Positions 12,729 through 29,295 of a stretch of DNA of 64,000 bases are shown here, piece after piece. The notes below the pieces were generated by a model, which was not told where the DNA came from, did not search any database, and was given only the letters and a program-made list of their open reading frames with translations. How positions within the stretch are numbered: the stretch's first letter is position 1; each line of letters starts with the position of its first letter. Both the position numbers and the translations under genes were made by a program. The DNA is from the human T2T-CHM13v2.0 reference genome, Homo sapiens. Location of the stretch: assembly GCF_009914755.1 (NCBI RefSeq), contig NC_060925.1; one strand, 5' to 3'.

Positions 12729-16536
<3,808 letters not shown>

Positions 16537-16597
16537 TATGATGTTCGCTTGTTATTTTGCCCATTAATTGATGCAGTTTCTTCATGGCATCAGTGGT

Positions 16598-17604
16598 TTA
16601 CAATTTGGCATGTTTTTGCAGTGGTTGGTACCGGTTGTTCCTTTCCATGTTTCGGGCTTCCTTCCTGAGCTCTTGTAAGGCAGGCCTGGTGGTGACAAAA
16701 TCTCTCAGCATTTGCTTGTTTGCAAAGGATTTTATTTTTCCTTCACTTATGAAGCTTAGTTTGGCTGGATATGAAATTCTTGGTTGAAAATTATTTTCTT
16801 TAAGAATGTTGAATATTGGCCTCCACTCTCTTCTGGCTTGTAGGGTTTCTGCCAAGAGATCCACTGTTAGTCTGATGGGTTTCCCTTTTTGGGTAACCCG
16901 ACCTTTCTCTCTGGCTGCAAGGGCAACATTTTTTCCTCCATTTCAACTTTGGTGAATCTGACAATCATGTGTCTTGGGGTTGCTCTTCTCAAGGTGTTCT
17001 CTGTATTTCCTCAATTTGAATGTTGGCCTGCATGGATAGGTTGGGGAAGTTCTCCTGGATAATATCCTGAAAAGTGTTTTCCAACTTGGTTCCATCTCCC
17101 CATCACTCTCAGGTACACCAATCAAACATAGATTTGGTCTTTTCACACAGTCCCATATTTCTTGGAGGCTTTGTTCATTTCTTTTTACTCTTTTTTCTCT
17201 AAACTTGTCTTCTCACTTTATTTCATTAATTTGATCTTCAATCACTGATAACCTTTATTCAACTTGATCAAATCAGCTATTGAAGCTTGTGCATGCATCA
17301 TGAAGTTCTCATGCCATGGTTTTCAGCTCCATCAGGTCTTTTAAGGTCTTCTCTTTATTCTAGTTAGCCATTCGTCTACCCTTTTTTCAAGGTTTTTAGC
17401 TTCTTTGCAATGGGTTAGAACATGCTCGTTTAGCTTGGGGAAGTTTGTTATTACCGGCCTTCTGAAGCCTACTTCTGTCAACTCTTCAAAGTCATTCTCT
17501 GTCCAGCATTGTTCCTTTGCTGGCGAGGAGCTGCGATCCTTTGGAGGAGAAAAGACACTCTGGTTTTTAGAATTTTCAGCTTTTCTGCTCTGGTTTATCC
17601 CCAT
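16598..17604 (-). pseudogene. L1 ORF1p, frameshifted
   Basis: MGINQSRKAENSKNQ..., KRPNLCLIGVPESDGE, ..FQPRISYPAKLSFISEG..LQKHAKL*. Confidence 0.93.
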
Positions 17605-17699
17605 CTTGGTGGTTTTATCTACTTTGGTCTTTGATGTTGGTGACCTACAGATGGGGTTTTGGTGTAGATGCCCTTTTTGTTGACGTTGATACTATTCCT

Positions 17700-18660
17700 T
17701 TTTGTTTGTTAGTTTTCCTTCTAACAGTCAGGTCCCTCAGCTGCAGTTCTGTTGGAGTTTGCTGGAGGTCCATTCCAGACCCTGTTTGCCTGGGTATCAC
17801 TAGCAGAGGCTGCAGAACAGCAAATATTGCAGAACAGCAAGTATTGCTGCCTGATCCTTCCTCTGGAAGCTTCGTCCCAGAGGGGCACCCGCCTGTATGA
17901 GGTGTCTGTCAGCCCCTACTGGGAGGTATCTCCCAGTTAGGCTACACGGAGGTCGGGAACCCACTTAAGGAGGCAGTCTGTCCATTCTCAGAGCTCAAAT
18001 GTCATGCTGGGAGAACCACTGCTCTCTTCAGAGCTGTCAGACATGGACATTTAACTCTGCAGAAGTTTCTGCTGCCTTTTGTTCAGCTATGCCCTGCCCA
18101 CAGAGGTGGAATCTGTAGAGGCAGTAGGCCTTGCTTAGCTGCAGTGGGCTCCGTCCAGCTCGAGCTTCCCAGCCACTTTGTTTACCTACTTAAACCTCAG
18201 CAATGGCAGACACCTCTCCCTCTTCCTGGCTGCAGCTTCGCAGGTCGATCTCAGACTGCTGAGCTAGCAGTGAACCAGGCTCCATGGGCGTGGGACCCAC
18301 CCATCCAGGCAGGACCCGCCATACCAGGAGAGGATCTCCTGGTATGCCAGTTGCTAAGACCATGGGCAAAGCACAGTATTTGGGCGGGAGTGTCCCGTTT
18401 TCCCAGGTAGAGTCTGTCATGGCTTCCTTTGGCTAGGAAAGGGAAATCCCCCAAAGCCTTGCACTTCCTGGGTGAGGCGACAGCCCGCCCTGCTTTGGCT
18501 TGCCCTCTGTGGGCTGCATCCACTGTCCAACCAGCCCCAGTGAGATAGACCAGGTGCCTCAATTGGAAATGCAGAAATCACCTGTCTTCTGCATCAATCA
18601 CTCTGGGAACTGCAGACTGGAGCTGTTCCTATTTGGCCATCTTGGAACAGAAGCTCCAGG
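17700..18660 (-). promoter_or_regulatory. L1 5' UTR (sense promoter on -, antisense promoter facing +)
   Basis: L1PA 5' UTR sequence with YY1-type GGCCATCTTG near the 5' end; ORF0-like ATGGCAGAC at 18203; activity not demonstrated, CpG depleted. Confidence 0.6.
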
Positions 18661-18839
18661 ACCAATACACTACTGATTTTGTTTTAAACCATCCATTTTC
18701 TCTTAAATGGATTTTAAAAATCAGAAAATTATCTTCATATTAAGCAGGTGAAATCTTTATTCCTTCAGTCCATAGCAAGGTGCATATTTATAATAGTTGT
18801 TTTAGTGTCTTTCCTGTTAATTTCATCAACACTGTTTTT

Positions 18840-19015
18840 TCTAGTTCTGCATCTATTAGCTGACTTTTGACCTAGTCATGGGTCATTTTATTTCATTTTT
18901 TTTTGTATCTTAGCAATATTAGAGTAGATGCTAGATACAGTGAATTTTATATTGTTGAGTGCTGGATTTTGTTGTATTTTAAACAGTGTTGAATTTTTGT
19001 TGGCAGGCAATTCAA
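18840..19015 (-). mobile_element. Old L1M 5'-side fragment (probable continuation of the host L1M)
   Basis: ATGCTAGATACAGTGAATTTTATATTGTTGAGTGCTGGATTTTGTTG resembles antisense L1M 5' region. Confidence 0.5.
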
Positions 19016-19024
19016 AGATTGGTT

Positions 19025-20422
19025 GATTACTTTGGACTGTTTCTATCATGGAAGGGGTAGTGTTTTGTCCTTCCTGCAATAGACACTTAAAATGAATATA
19101 GATATGTCTTCCCTGATTGCAATGATTCTGCCAAAACTATCATCCATGGACTTACAGAATGCCTTATCCACCGTCATTCTACACAGCATTGCTTTTGGCC
19201 AAGGAGCTCACTTCACAGCTAAAGAAGTGCAGCAGTTGACATATGCACATAGAATTTACTGGCGTTACTATGTTTCCAGCATCCTGAAGCAACCGGTTTG
19301 ATATAATAAAGAAATGGCCTTTTGAAGACTCCCTTACAGTGCCAGTGAGGCAGCAATATTTTGCAGGGCTGAAGGAAGGTTCTCCAGACTGTATATGCTC
19401 TGAATCAACATCCAATATATGGTACTATTTCTCTGATAGCGAGGACTCACAGATTCATGATCAAGGGATGGAAATGGGAGTGGCATCACTCACTATTACC
19501 ACTAGTGAACAACTAGCAAAACTTTTACTTCCTGTTTCTACAACCTTATGCTCTTCCGTCCCAGAAGTCATAGTTTCAGAGGGAGGAATGCTTCTACCAG
19601 TAGACACAACAATGATTCCATTAAACTGGAAGTTAAGACTGCCACCTGGCCACTTTGGGCTTTTCGTCCCTCTGAGTAAACAACCCAAGAGGGAAGTTAT
19701 GGTTTTGGCTGGGGTTATTAATCTGGACTACCCAGGGGAAACTGGACTACTCTTCCACAATGGAGTTAAGGAAGAGTATTCTAGAATAGAGGAGAATCTT
19801 TAGGGTATCTCTTAATATTACCATGCCCTGTGATTAAGGTCAATGGAAAACTATGACAACCTAATCCGGGCAGGACTATGAATAGCTCAGACCCTGAGTA
19901 ATTGAAGGTTTATGTTACCCCACCAGGTGAAGAACCATACCCAGCTGAGGTGCTTGCTGCAGGTAAAGAAAATACAAAATGGGTAGTAGAAGAAGGTAGT
20001 TATAAATACCAGCTACAACCACATGACCAGTTACAGAAATGAGGATTACAATTGTCATGAATATTTCCTCTTTATTTTGTTAGAAATACATTTTGTATGT
20101 ATATATACATATGTTAGGCAAATATTTTTCTTTTCTTTACTCTCTTATTTCCTTATTATGTAACATAAGATGTATTGACTTTGTATCAGTATTTAAGCAC
20201 TGTTAATTTTATATTTTAGTATTTAAGCTACAGGATATCAGGAGAAGACTAAACAACACTCAAGAACTACTTTCTTTTCTAGGTAAGGAATTTGTGCATT
20301 TTTGGCTGTATGAAAAATAGTTGTAACATGTTAAGTGGAATGATTAATGTTATTACCTTATCTAGAGATTGAATATGCTTTAAGTAGATGCATATGGGTG
20401 CCAAGTTGACAAGAGACTGCCT
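19025..20422 (+). mobile_element. ERVL (HERVL/ERVL-B4-like) internal 3' part: integrase, dUTPase, PPT region
   Basis: HSIAFGQGAHFTAKEVQQ (integrase core, SDQGTHF-like), dUTPase ORF, and GCCAAGTTGACAAG immediately before the LTR. Confidence 0.9.
19560..19803 (+). pseudogene. ERVL dUTPase remnant (inside the 154-aa ORF 19339-19803)
   Basis: EGGMLLPVDTTMIPLNWKLRLPPGHFGL...LAGVINLDYPGETGLLFHNG; motif 3 GVIDxDYxGE has Asn at the conserved Asp. Confidence 0.85.
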
Positions 20423-20987
20423 TGTGATGATTTATTTTATGTGTCAACTTGACTGGGTTAAGGGATACCCAGATAGCTGGTAAAACATTACTTCTGGGTG
20501 TATCTGTGAGGTTATTTCCAGAACAGATTAGCATTTCAATCAATGGACTGAGTAAAGAAGATCTGAGCTCCCAATGTGGGCAGACATTATTCAATATGTT
20601 GAGGTCACAGATAGAAAAAAATTGCAGAGGAGGGAAAAATTCATTCTCTCTTTTAGAGCTGGAATATCCATCTTCCGCCCTGAGATGTGAGAGAGGTTCA
20701 GGTTCTCGGGCCTTCAGATTGTGGGGCTTACACCAGCATCCCCACTACTCTCTGGTCCTCAGGCCTTTGGCCTTGCATGGAGAGTTACATAATTATCTTC
20801 CCTGGTTCTTAGGCCTTTGGATTCAGACTGAATTACACCACTGGCTTTTCTGGTTCTACAGCTTGAAGATGCCATATCATAAGACTTCTTGGCCTCCACA
20901 ATCACATGGGCCAATTCCCATAACAAATCTCCTTTTGTATATTTATATCCTCTGAATCCTGTGCTCTGGAGATCCCTGACTTATATG
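20423..20987 (+). mobile_element. MLT2 (C/D-like) LTR, the 3' LTR of the ERVL
   Basis: starts TGTGATGATTTATTTTATGTGTCAACTTGACTGGG, ends GGAGATCCCTGACTTATATG. Confidence 0.88.
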
Positions 20988-21599
20988 TTTAAGTTTTGTT
21001 ACAATAGCATCCATTTTTATTACCAATGCATATATCAATTAATGTTTGATCAGAGAAATAATAGCACTTGGTTGATATAGAATATGTCATTTATTACAGA
21101 GATTTGACCTAATGCAAATTGATCTGACCAAAGAGGTTTGCTCCCTTCATTTTTGCCAGTTACCCACAACTACTGAATAATAAACCCAAGAGCAACTTCA
21201 GTGTTTGGTGGCCTGTGGCTAGGCTAGGCAGCCATCTCTCTGCTTTGATACGAGCATTCTGCTTCTGGCTTATCCGTCTGAAACCACATAGTGCTCTTTG
21301 AGAACAGAGGTGGCACTTGGAGACTGAGTTTGTTTTAAATATAGAACAGTCATTTCTGACATTGATGTTAGTTACATTTTAAGCCTTGACTATTTAATAT
21401 TACATTAGAGGTAGTAATCAGTGTAAATAAGAGAAGGCAATTAGAGGCATAAGAATTGGAAAGAAATAAGTAAAAGCATCTTTAATTTCAGGTAACATGA
21501 TTATATATTTGGAAAATATAAAAGAATCGATGAAAAACTATTAAAATAATAAAATAATTTAGCAAGTAGAAAGTTAAAAAATTAACATGAAATCAAAAG

Positions 21600-21602
<3 letters not shown>

Positions 21603-21665
<63 letters not shown>
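21603..21665. repeat. (TA)n(CA)n compound microsatellite
   Basis: direct observation. Confidence 0.95.
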
Positions 21666-23195
21666 AACCAAAGGCATAATGGAAGAGGAGAATCCATTTA
21701 TGATACCAAATAAGAATATAAAATACTTTGGCATAAAAGCAACAAGAAATGTCCAAAACCTATAAGAGAAAAACTATAAGCTTCTCCTGAATGATATAAA
21801 AGTAGATCTGAACAGTAAAGACATACCATGTTCTTGTCTAGAGAGACTCAAATTTGTAAAGATGTCAGTTCTAAGTTCATTTATGCATACAATGCAATCC
21901 TAATAAAATGCAACCAGATTGTTTTCTGAACATATACAATTTCATTATAAAGTTCAGTGGGAAAATAAATAAGTATGGAAAAGAAGAGTATTGAGTTGGT
22001 CTTGCCATACTTGACACTAAAATGTACTGGAAAGCCTTTATAATTAAAATAGTTTGATGTTAGTGTGTGAATAGACAGACAGACTAATAGAACAAATGAA
22101 AAAAAAATCTCAAAATAGATCCAACTGCATATGGGTATTTACAATACAATCAGGGCAGCAGCTCAAATCAGTGGGAGAAAAGGTCAACTTTTTAAAAAGT
22201 GGTGTTAGAATAATTGGATAGCCACATGGAAAAAATAAAATTGAATGGAATCCCTCACATTGTACACCAGGATAAATTCCAAATACCTAATACAAACAAA
22301 AGGACCAAAAGAAAACATAGTTGAATTCCTCTATAATCTAAGAGCAGTGAAAATTTAATCTAACTCTGATTAAGGAAAAAGATGGAAATTGTGATATTTA
22401 AAAAATTTAAATTTTATATGGAAAATACATCATAAGTAAAATAAAAGATAAGATAAAATAGGAAAAATATTTGCAACTTACATTTATAATAATATAAAGA
22501 GTTTATACAAATGCAGAAGAAAAAAGCCAACAATCATATAGAAAGATGGGCTAGAAATACAGACCATTGACCAAAACAGTACAAATAGCTCTTAAGTTAT
22601 GAGGAAATGCTCAACCCTAAACATAATAAGAAAATTGAAATTTAACTATGCTATCAGATTGGCAAAAATTCAAGTTTAATAACAAATTCTGTTGGCAGTT
22701 CTATGGGGAAGTGGGAACTCATAAATTTCTAGTGTATCTACAAAAGGTTGAACCCCTATGGAGGACCATAGGTGGAACCCTAGGCACATGTATAAAGGAA
22801 TGAGGACTCTCCATATACTACCATACTACTTTGGAGTGATCGCCAGAATATATTGTTAAGTAAAGAAAGGCATGGTGAAGAAAAGTATGTATAATATTCC
22901 ACCTTTCACAAAGGAATGGATGACACATATACATACACATACATATATGTTTATATTTAATGCTTTGAAGTATAAGCCATAACATTTTTAAAATTTTGGT
23001 TACTGGATGGGAATAAGGAATGGATAGAGAAGTTAGACTTTTTTGAATTTATGTTCTGTGTAAACTTAAGTTTGAAACCTTGTAAATATTTTAAATATTA
23101 TAAACATGAATTAAATTTTCAAAAGCAATGTCTAATGATGTGCCTCTATTTGGGCGCATAAACAACATTAAGAAACTATATTCTAGGTGACTTTA

Positions 23196-23423
<228 letters not shown>

Positions 23424-23621
23424 TTAAAAAATTAGATTATTTTCAGTAAGCTATGATGGTAATATTGTTATTCTAAGACTATGTGCATAATGAGGGACAA
23501 AGTAAATTAACAATAATGTGGTGTCATTGAGAGAAAAGATGTTTGCTGTGGGAGAAATGTAAGAGATAAGAACAATAAGAACGAGTAGAAACCTTGTAGT
23601 CTCAAAGTTGAACTGGAGGTA

Positions 23622-25897
23622 TGTATTAGTCTGTTTTCATGCTGTTGATAAAGACATACCTGAGACTGGGAAGAAAAAATAGGTTTTATTGGACTTACAG
23701 TTCCATAAGGCTGGGGAGGCCTCAGAATCATGGCGGGAGGTGAAAGGCACTTCTTCCATAGTGGTGGCAAGAGAAAATGAGAAATATGCAAAAGTGGAAA
23801 ACCCTGATAAACCCATCAGATCTCATGAAACTTATTCACTCTCACGAGAATAGCACGGGAAAGACCGGCCTGCATGATTCACTTACCTCCCACTGGGTCC
23901 CTTCCACAACATGTGGGAATTCTGGAAGATACAATTCAAGTTGAGATTTTGGTGGGGGCACAACCAAACCATATCATTCTGCCCTGGCCCCTCCGAAATC
24001 TCATGTCCTCACATTTCAAAACCAGTCATGCCTTCCCAACAGTCCCCACAAAGTCTTAACTCATTTCATCATTAACTCAGAAGTCCACAGTCCAGTGTCT
24101 TATCTGAGACAAGACAAGTCCCTTCTCCCTATGAGCCTGTAAAATCAACAGCAGGTTAGTTACTTCTTAGATACAATAGGGGTACAGGCATTGGGTAAAT
24201 ACAGCCATTCCAAATGGGAGAAATTAGCCAAATCAAAGGGGCTACAGGCCCCATGCAAGTCCGAAATCCAGCAGGGCAGTCAAATCTTAAAGTTCCAAAA
24301 TGATCTGTTTGACTCCATGACTTGCATCTGGGTCATGCTGATCCAAGAGGTGGGTTCCCATGGTCTTGGGCAGCTCTGCCCCTGTGGGTTTGCAGGTTAC
24401 AGCCTCCCTCCTGGCTGCCATCATAGGCTGGCATTGAGTATCTGTGGGTTTTCCAGGTGCATGGTGCAAGCTGTCAGTGGATCTGCTATTCTGGGGTCTG
24501 GAGGATGGTGGCCCTCTTCTCACAGCTCCACTAGGCAGTACCCCAGTAGGAACTCTGTGTGGGGCTCCAACCCCACATTTCCCTTCCACACTGCCCTAGC
24601 AGAGGTTCTTCATGAGCATGCTGCCCCTACAGCAAACTTCTGCCTGGTTATCCAGGTGTTTCCATACATCTTCTGAAATCTAGGCAGATTTCAAACCTCA
24701 ATTCTTGATTTCTGTGCACCCGCAGGCGCAACACCACATTTCCATGTGCTGCCAAGGCTTGGGGCTTGCACCCTGCAAAGCCACTGCCTGAGCTGTACCT
24801 TGACCCCTATTAGTCACAGCTGGAGCAGCTGGGATGCAGGACACCAAGTCCCTAGGCTGCACACAGCATGGGGACCCTGGGCTCCACCCACAAAGCCATT
24901 TTTTCCTCCTATTTCTCCATGCTTGTGATGAGAAAGGCTGCCACAAAGACGTTGGACATGCCCTGGAAACATTTTCCTCATTGTCTTGGGGATTAACATT
25001 CAGCTCCTTTTTACTTATGCAAATTTCTGCCGCAGGGTTAAATTTCTTCTCAGAAAATGGGGTTTTCTTTTCTATTACATTGTCAGGCTGCAAATTTTTG
25101 AAACTTTTATGCTCTGCTTCCCTTATAAAATGGAATGCTCTAACAGCACCCAAGTCACCTCTTGAGTGCTTTGCTGCTTAGAAATTTCTTCTGCCAGATC
25201 CCTGAAATCATCTCTCTCAAGTTCAAAGTTCCACAAATCTCTAGGGCAGGGAAAAAGGCCACCAGTCTCTGCGGAAACATAACAAGGGTCACCTTTGCTC
25301 CAGTTCCCAACAAGTTTCTCATCTCCATCTGAGACCACCTCAACCTGGATCTTATTGTTCATATCACTATCAGCATTTTTGTCAAAGCCATTTGACAAGT
25401 CTCTAGGAAGTTCCAAACTTTCTCTCATTTTTCTTCTTCTGAGCCCTCCAAACTGTTCCAACCTCTGCTTGTTACCCAGTTCCAAAGTCACTTCCACATT
25501 TTCAGGTATCTTTTTAGCAACACCCAACTCCCAGTACCAATTTACTGTATTAGTCCATTTTCACACTGCTGAGAAAGACGTACCCAAGACTGGGAAGAAA
25601 AAGGTTTAATTGGACTCACAGTTCCACATTGCTGGGGAGGCCTCAGAATCATGGCAGGAGGCAAAAGGCATTTCTTACATGTCAGCAGCAAGAGAAAATG
25701 GGAAAGAAGCAAAAGTGGAAATACCTGATAAACCCATCAGATCTCATGAGACTTATTCACTAGCACCAAATTAGCACTGGAAAGACTGGCCCCCATGACT
25801 CAATTACCTCCTACTGAGTCCCTCCCACAACACATGGGAATTCTGGAATATACAATTCAAGTTGAAATTTTGGTGGAGGCACAGCCAAATCACATCA
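23622..25897 (-). mobile_element. Complete THE1 (THE1A-like) MaLR element: LTR 23622-23976, internal 23977-25545, LTR 25546-25897
   Basis: two ~350-bp direct repeats TGTATTAGTC...CCAAAYCAYATCA flanking ~1.57 kb THE1-int; 5-bp TSD AGGTA / AGGTG. Confidence 0.95.
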
Positions 25898-27589
25898 AGG
25901 TGTCTGGGTAAATTCATGATTTTTCTAGCTCACCAAAAAGACCTAGAGGCTGTGAGCAGCTCAATAACAATGAGCTCCCCTAGGGCCAAAATGATTATCT
26001 CTAAATACTATTTCCCACCAAAAGAAACCAGGGCTTCTTGGATAAATAAATGGCTGATTTGAGGTGTGGGGTAGGAAATATACAAAATGAGTCTGAGAAG
26101 TCTTGTCATACCAAAATGCAAAAGTACCCATCAGCAACTACTAGTAGAAATGGCTTAGGAGCCAATTAAATAGTCTCCCTTTGGATGAAGGGGAACAATC
26201 AAAGCATCAATACAGATAATATCCACAATAGAATAAAATACATGAAATGTGTCAAATCCATGCATATATAATAATAGTTTAAATTATTTTTCATTGATTC
26301 CCTCTAAAGGATATTAGAAGACCTACTTAATATTTTTAAAACTGGGAAGTAAAAGAAAACAATCAAGTATTAATTTTGCCATTCCTAAAAAAAACTGTAG
26401 CTTAAGGTAAATAAATAATAGATGAGGAAAAGTTTGCCTTTTACAAGTATTTCTGTTAATACTTGAAGAAGAAATGATGGAATTAGAATTTCACCAATTT
26501 GCAAAACTTAATGAAATAATGCATCTAGGCAACAATCATCAATGGTCAAAAACAGGAGACAACCAGACATCTTGTACCTCCTGGTGGAAACACAGCACTT
26601 CCTATATAGTATTTTTTAAAAATATTAATCTAATCAAGCTTCCAGATCTAACTACCATTTGAAGGATACACAGAGAACAAAGTAACATGTTAACAAAAAC
26701 CATGAAGATGCAATAGACTATGGGAAACTGTAAGTTAAACAATGTGGTTTTACAACAATAACAAAGTGTAATTTTTTTAAAAAAAAGCAATGGAAAAGGA
26801 ACATTTTTAAACATATAGTAAAAGAAATTCAAGAGATATATTAATCAATTGAAAGTGTTGGCTTTATTTAGATCCCATTTCAAACTTCCAACTTAGAAAA
26901 AGTTTAAAAATAAAAAGAAACATGTATAGAACATTAAAGGACATTTGATAATATTAAGGAATTATGTTGGGTGTGTTTGTGATGATGGTATTGTGATTGT
27001 GTTTAATAAGGAATCCTTGTCTTTAGGAAGTATATACTAAATTATACAGATGAAAATTTTAAAGCACACAATAAAATCAGATCATAAAGTAAAAACATTT
27101 TATAGATAAAAATTATTCTAGAAAAATCCTTTAATTTGTCCAAAAATACAGAACGAAGTCTATCATCTTTAAATAAATCTAATGGTTTTACCCTTACTCT
27201 TTGAACAAATGAGTGTTTCCATGTTCCAAATGAAATAGAAGGCATATATTTAGGAGCCAAATTGCATAGAAATGTGTATTATTAAATTCTGAAATCACAG
27301 GCAGTGAGGGCATATAGTTGAATTTATAAAAGTTAAATGTGCATCTGATGGGACCCTACTGTGGCAAATGCTAAACAAGGCATTCTACCCTCGCACAGTA
27401 CCACATAATTCACAACATACGGCAAAGCACTTGTGGCAGGAGGGTGGTAAGTGGGAGGGAGAGGGAGTAGTTCAGGCACTTGACCTACAAGCTCCAAGGC
27501 AAGGGAATAGTCAGGGTGAGAGGCAACATTTGGCATCCAGGTCAGAGCAAGAACAAGTGTCAGCTTGGGCCATCCTGATGGGTAAAGAC

Positions 27590-28070
27590 ATTCATTCATT
27601 CATTCACTCACTCGTTTTTAAAACTTTTATGGAACACTGTGTGCTAGACACTATTGTACATGATGAGGATACAAAGATGAACACGTGATCCCTTTTCTCT
27701 CTTTGCTCACAGTCAAGTATGGAGAAGAGATAAGTGGATTAGTGATTGCAGTGCAACTTAATGAGTACAGATATGTACACATTATATGATGGCGTATTAT
27801 ACATTATACACATCCACACCTGGGTAGGCTTCCAAGAGGAGGTGATGGTCAAGATAAGCTTTGGAGCATGAATAGAAACCAATACAGAGGAGAGTTGGGG
27901 ACAGAGGGAAAAATGAGTATGTATTTGAGAGCCTGCGAACAAAGAGGCCAAAGGTAATCTGGGAAAAGCAACATCTGAGAAATGCAAACAACTTGCTGTC
28001 CAAGAAAAAGATAATAGATTTGGGTCCTACGGGAAATTTCAGTCTTGGGTATTGAAACAAAAGTAGGAAC
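27590..28070 (-). mobile_element. L2 fragment
   Basis: CATTCATTCATTCATTCA tail, TGTGCTAGACACT, AGGCTTCCAAGAGGAGGTGATG. Confidence 0.7.
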
Positions 28071-28927
28071 TCCACTCCTGATAGTAGGTTCTCAGATCAT
28101 AGCAGTGTCAAAGTCCAGTTATCTAAACTAGGGTTTAGGGCAGGGGAAAACTGGCAGAGGCCTGACCTGCACTGCATTATGGAACTGGAGCTGCTTTCCT
28201 CCTTCATTCAACAAGTATTTGCTGGGTACCTACTCTGTGTCAGGCACTGTGCTCAGTGCTGGGAATATAAAAGCGAACGTCGTCCCTGCCTTCAGCTTGA
28301 ATACCTCTTGCTGCCTGCAAGTTGGCAGGATGAGCTTACTGAGTCTTACAATAGGTCTGATTCTGTTGCTGTGCTTAGAAGTATTAAGTACTTGGTATTA
28401 AGAGCTTGTGGTTATGGATCAAGTGGATCAGCTTGGGGAAAAGTCAGGGTTCAGATTGGAAGCCCAAAGCTGGCAGGGCCCACCAGAAAGGGATGGGGAA
28501 AATTAGGACCTGTTGAATTCCCATTTTCACACCAACTCTTGTGCCCAACTTGTGACTGATAAAAGTAGGCTCTGGTTTGTTTATTGTTAACCATGGATAC
28601 AGGCAGTCCTGGTGATCTGGGCTTTCTGTCAGCCTGCTACATGGATGAACAAGTCACTGGTGGAAGAAGCTTGTGCTCATAGGCATTGAGGTTGTGTTTA
28701 GAACCAAAAGCTTCCCTTCTCCTTTCTCTCACTTGTTTTTGGATTCTAGCCTGTCTAGTAGTGGGAGTCTCTACCACCAAGGTTAAAATTGTGGCATTGT
28801 TCAGGGCTTAGGGTTGGCCTCAGGTATGTGAATGCTTGCTATATCTTGGTGATTTCCCAGTCCTGCTGAATGTCCTGAGGAACATGAGGAGAAGAACTGT
28901 TTCTGATCTGCCCTCCCTCTTCTCCTC

Positions 28928-29295
28928 TGCAGTGGCCTGAATGTTTGTGTTACCCCAAAATTACTGTGTTGAAATCCTAACCCCCAAGGTGATAGTATTA
29001 GGAGGTGGGGCCTTTGGAGAGTGATTGATTAGGTCATGAAGGTGGAGTCCTCATGATTGGGATTTGTGACCTTGTAAGAGACCCCAGAGAGCTAGCTAAC
29101 CCCTTCCACTATGTAAGGACATAGCAAGAAGGTGCCATCTCTGAACAAGGAAATTGGCCCTCACCAGACATTGAATATGCTGCTGCCTTGATCTTGGACT
29201 TCTCAGCCTCCAAAACTGTGAGCAATAAATTTCTGTTGTTTATAAGCTACTCAGTCTATGGTATTTTGGTATAGAAGCCCAAATGAACTAGGACA
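28928..29295 (+). mobile_element. MLT1A/A0 solo LTR
   Basis: TGAATGTTTGTGTTACCCCAAAATT..GTTGAAATCCTAACCCCCAAGGTGATAGTATTAGGAGGTGGGGCC...GAACTAGGACA; TSD TCCTC / TCATC. Confidence 0.9.

Noticed and set aside
24191-25609. ORFs of 100-161 aa in overlapping frames
   Set aside because: They lie wholly within THE1-int, a common source of spurious ORFs.
26626-26636. Exact DUX4-type motif TAATCTAATCA in the L1MC 3' UTR
   Set aside because: A single isolated hit in AT-rich repeat DNA, expected by chance, with no supporting promoter or splice signal nearby.
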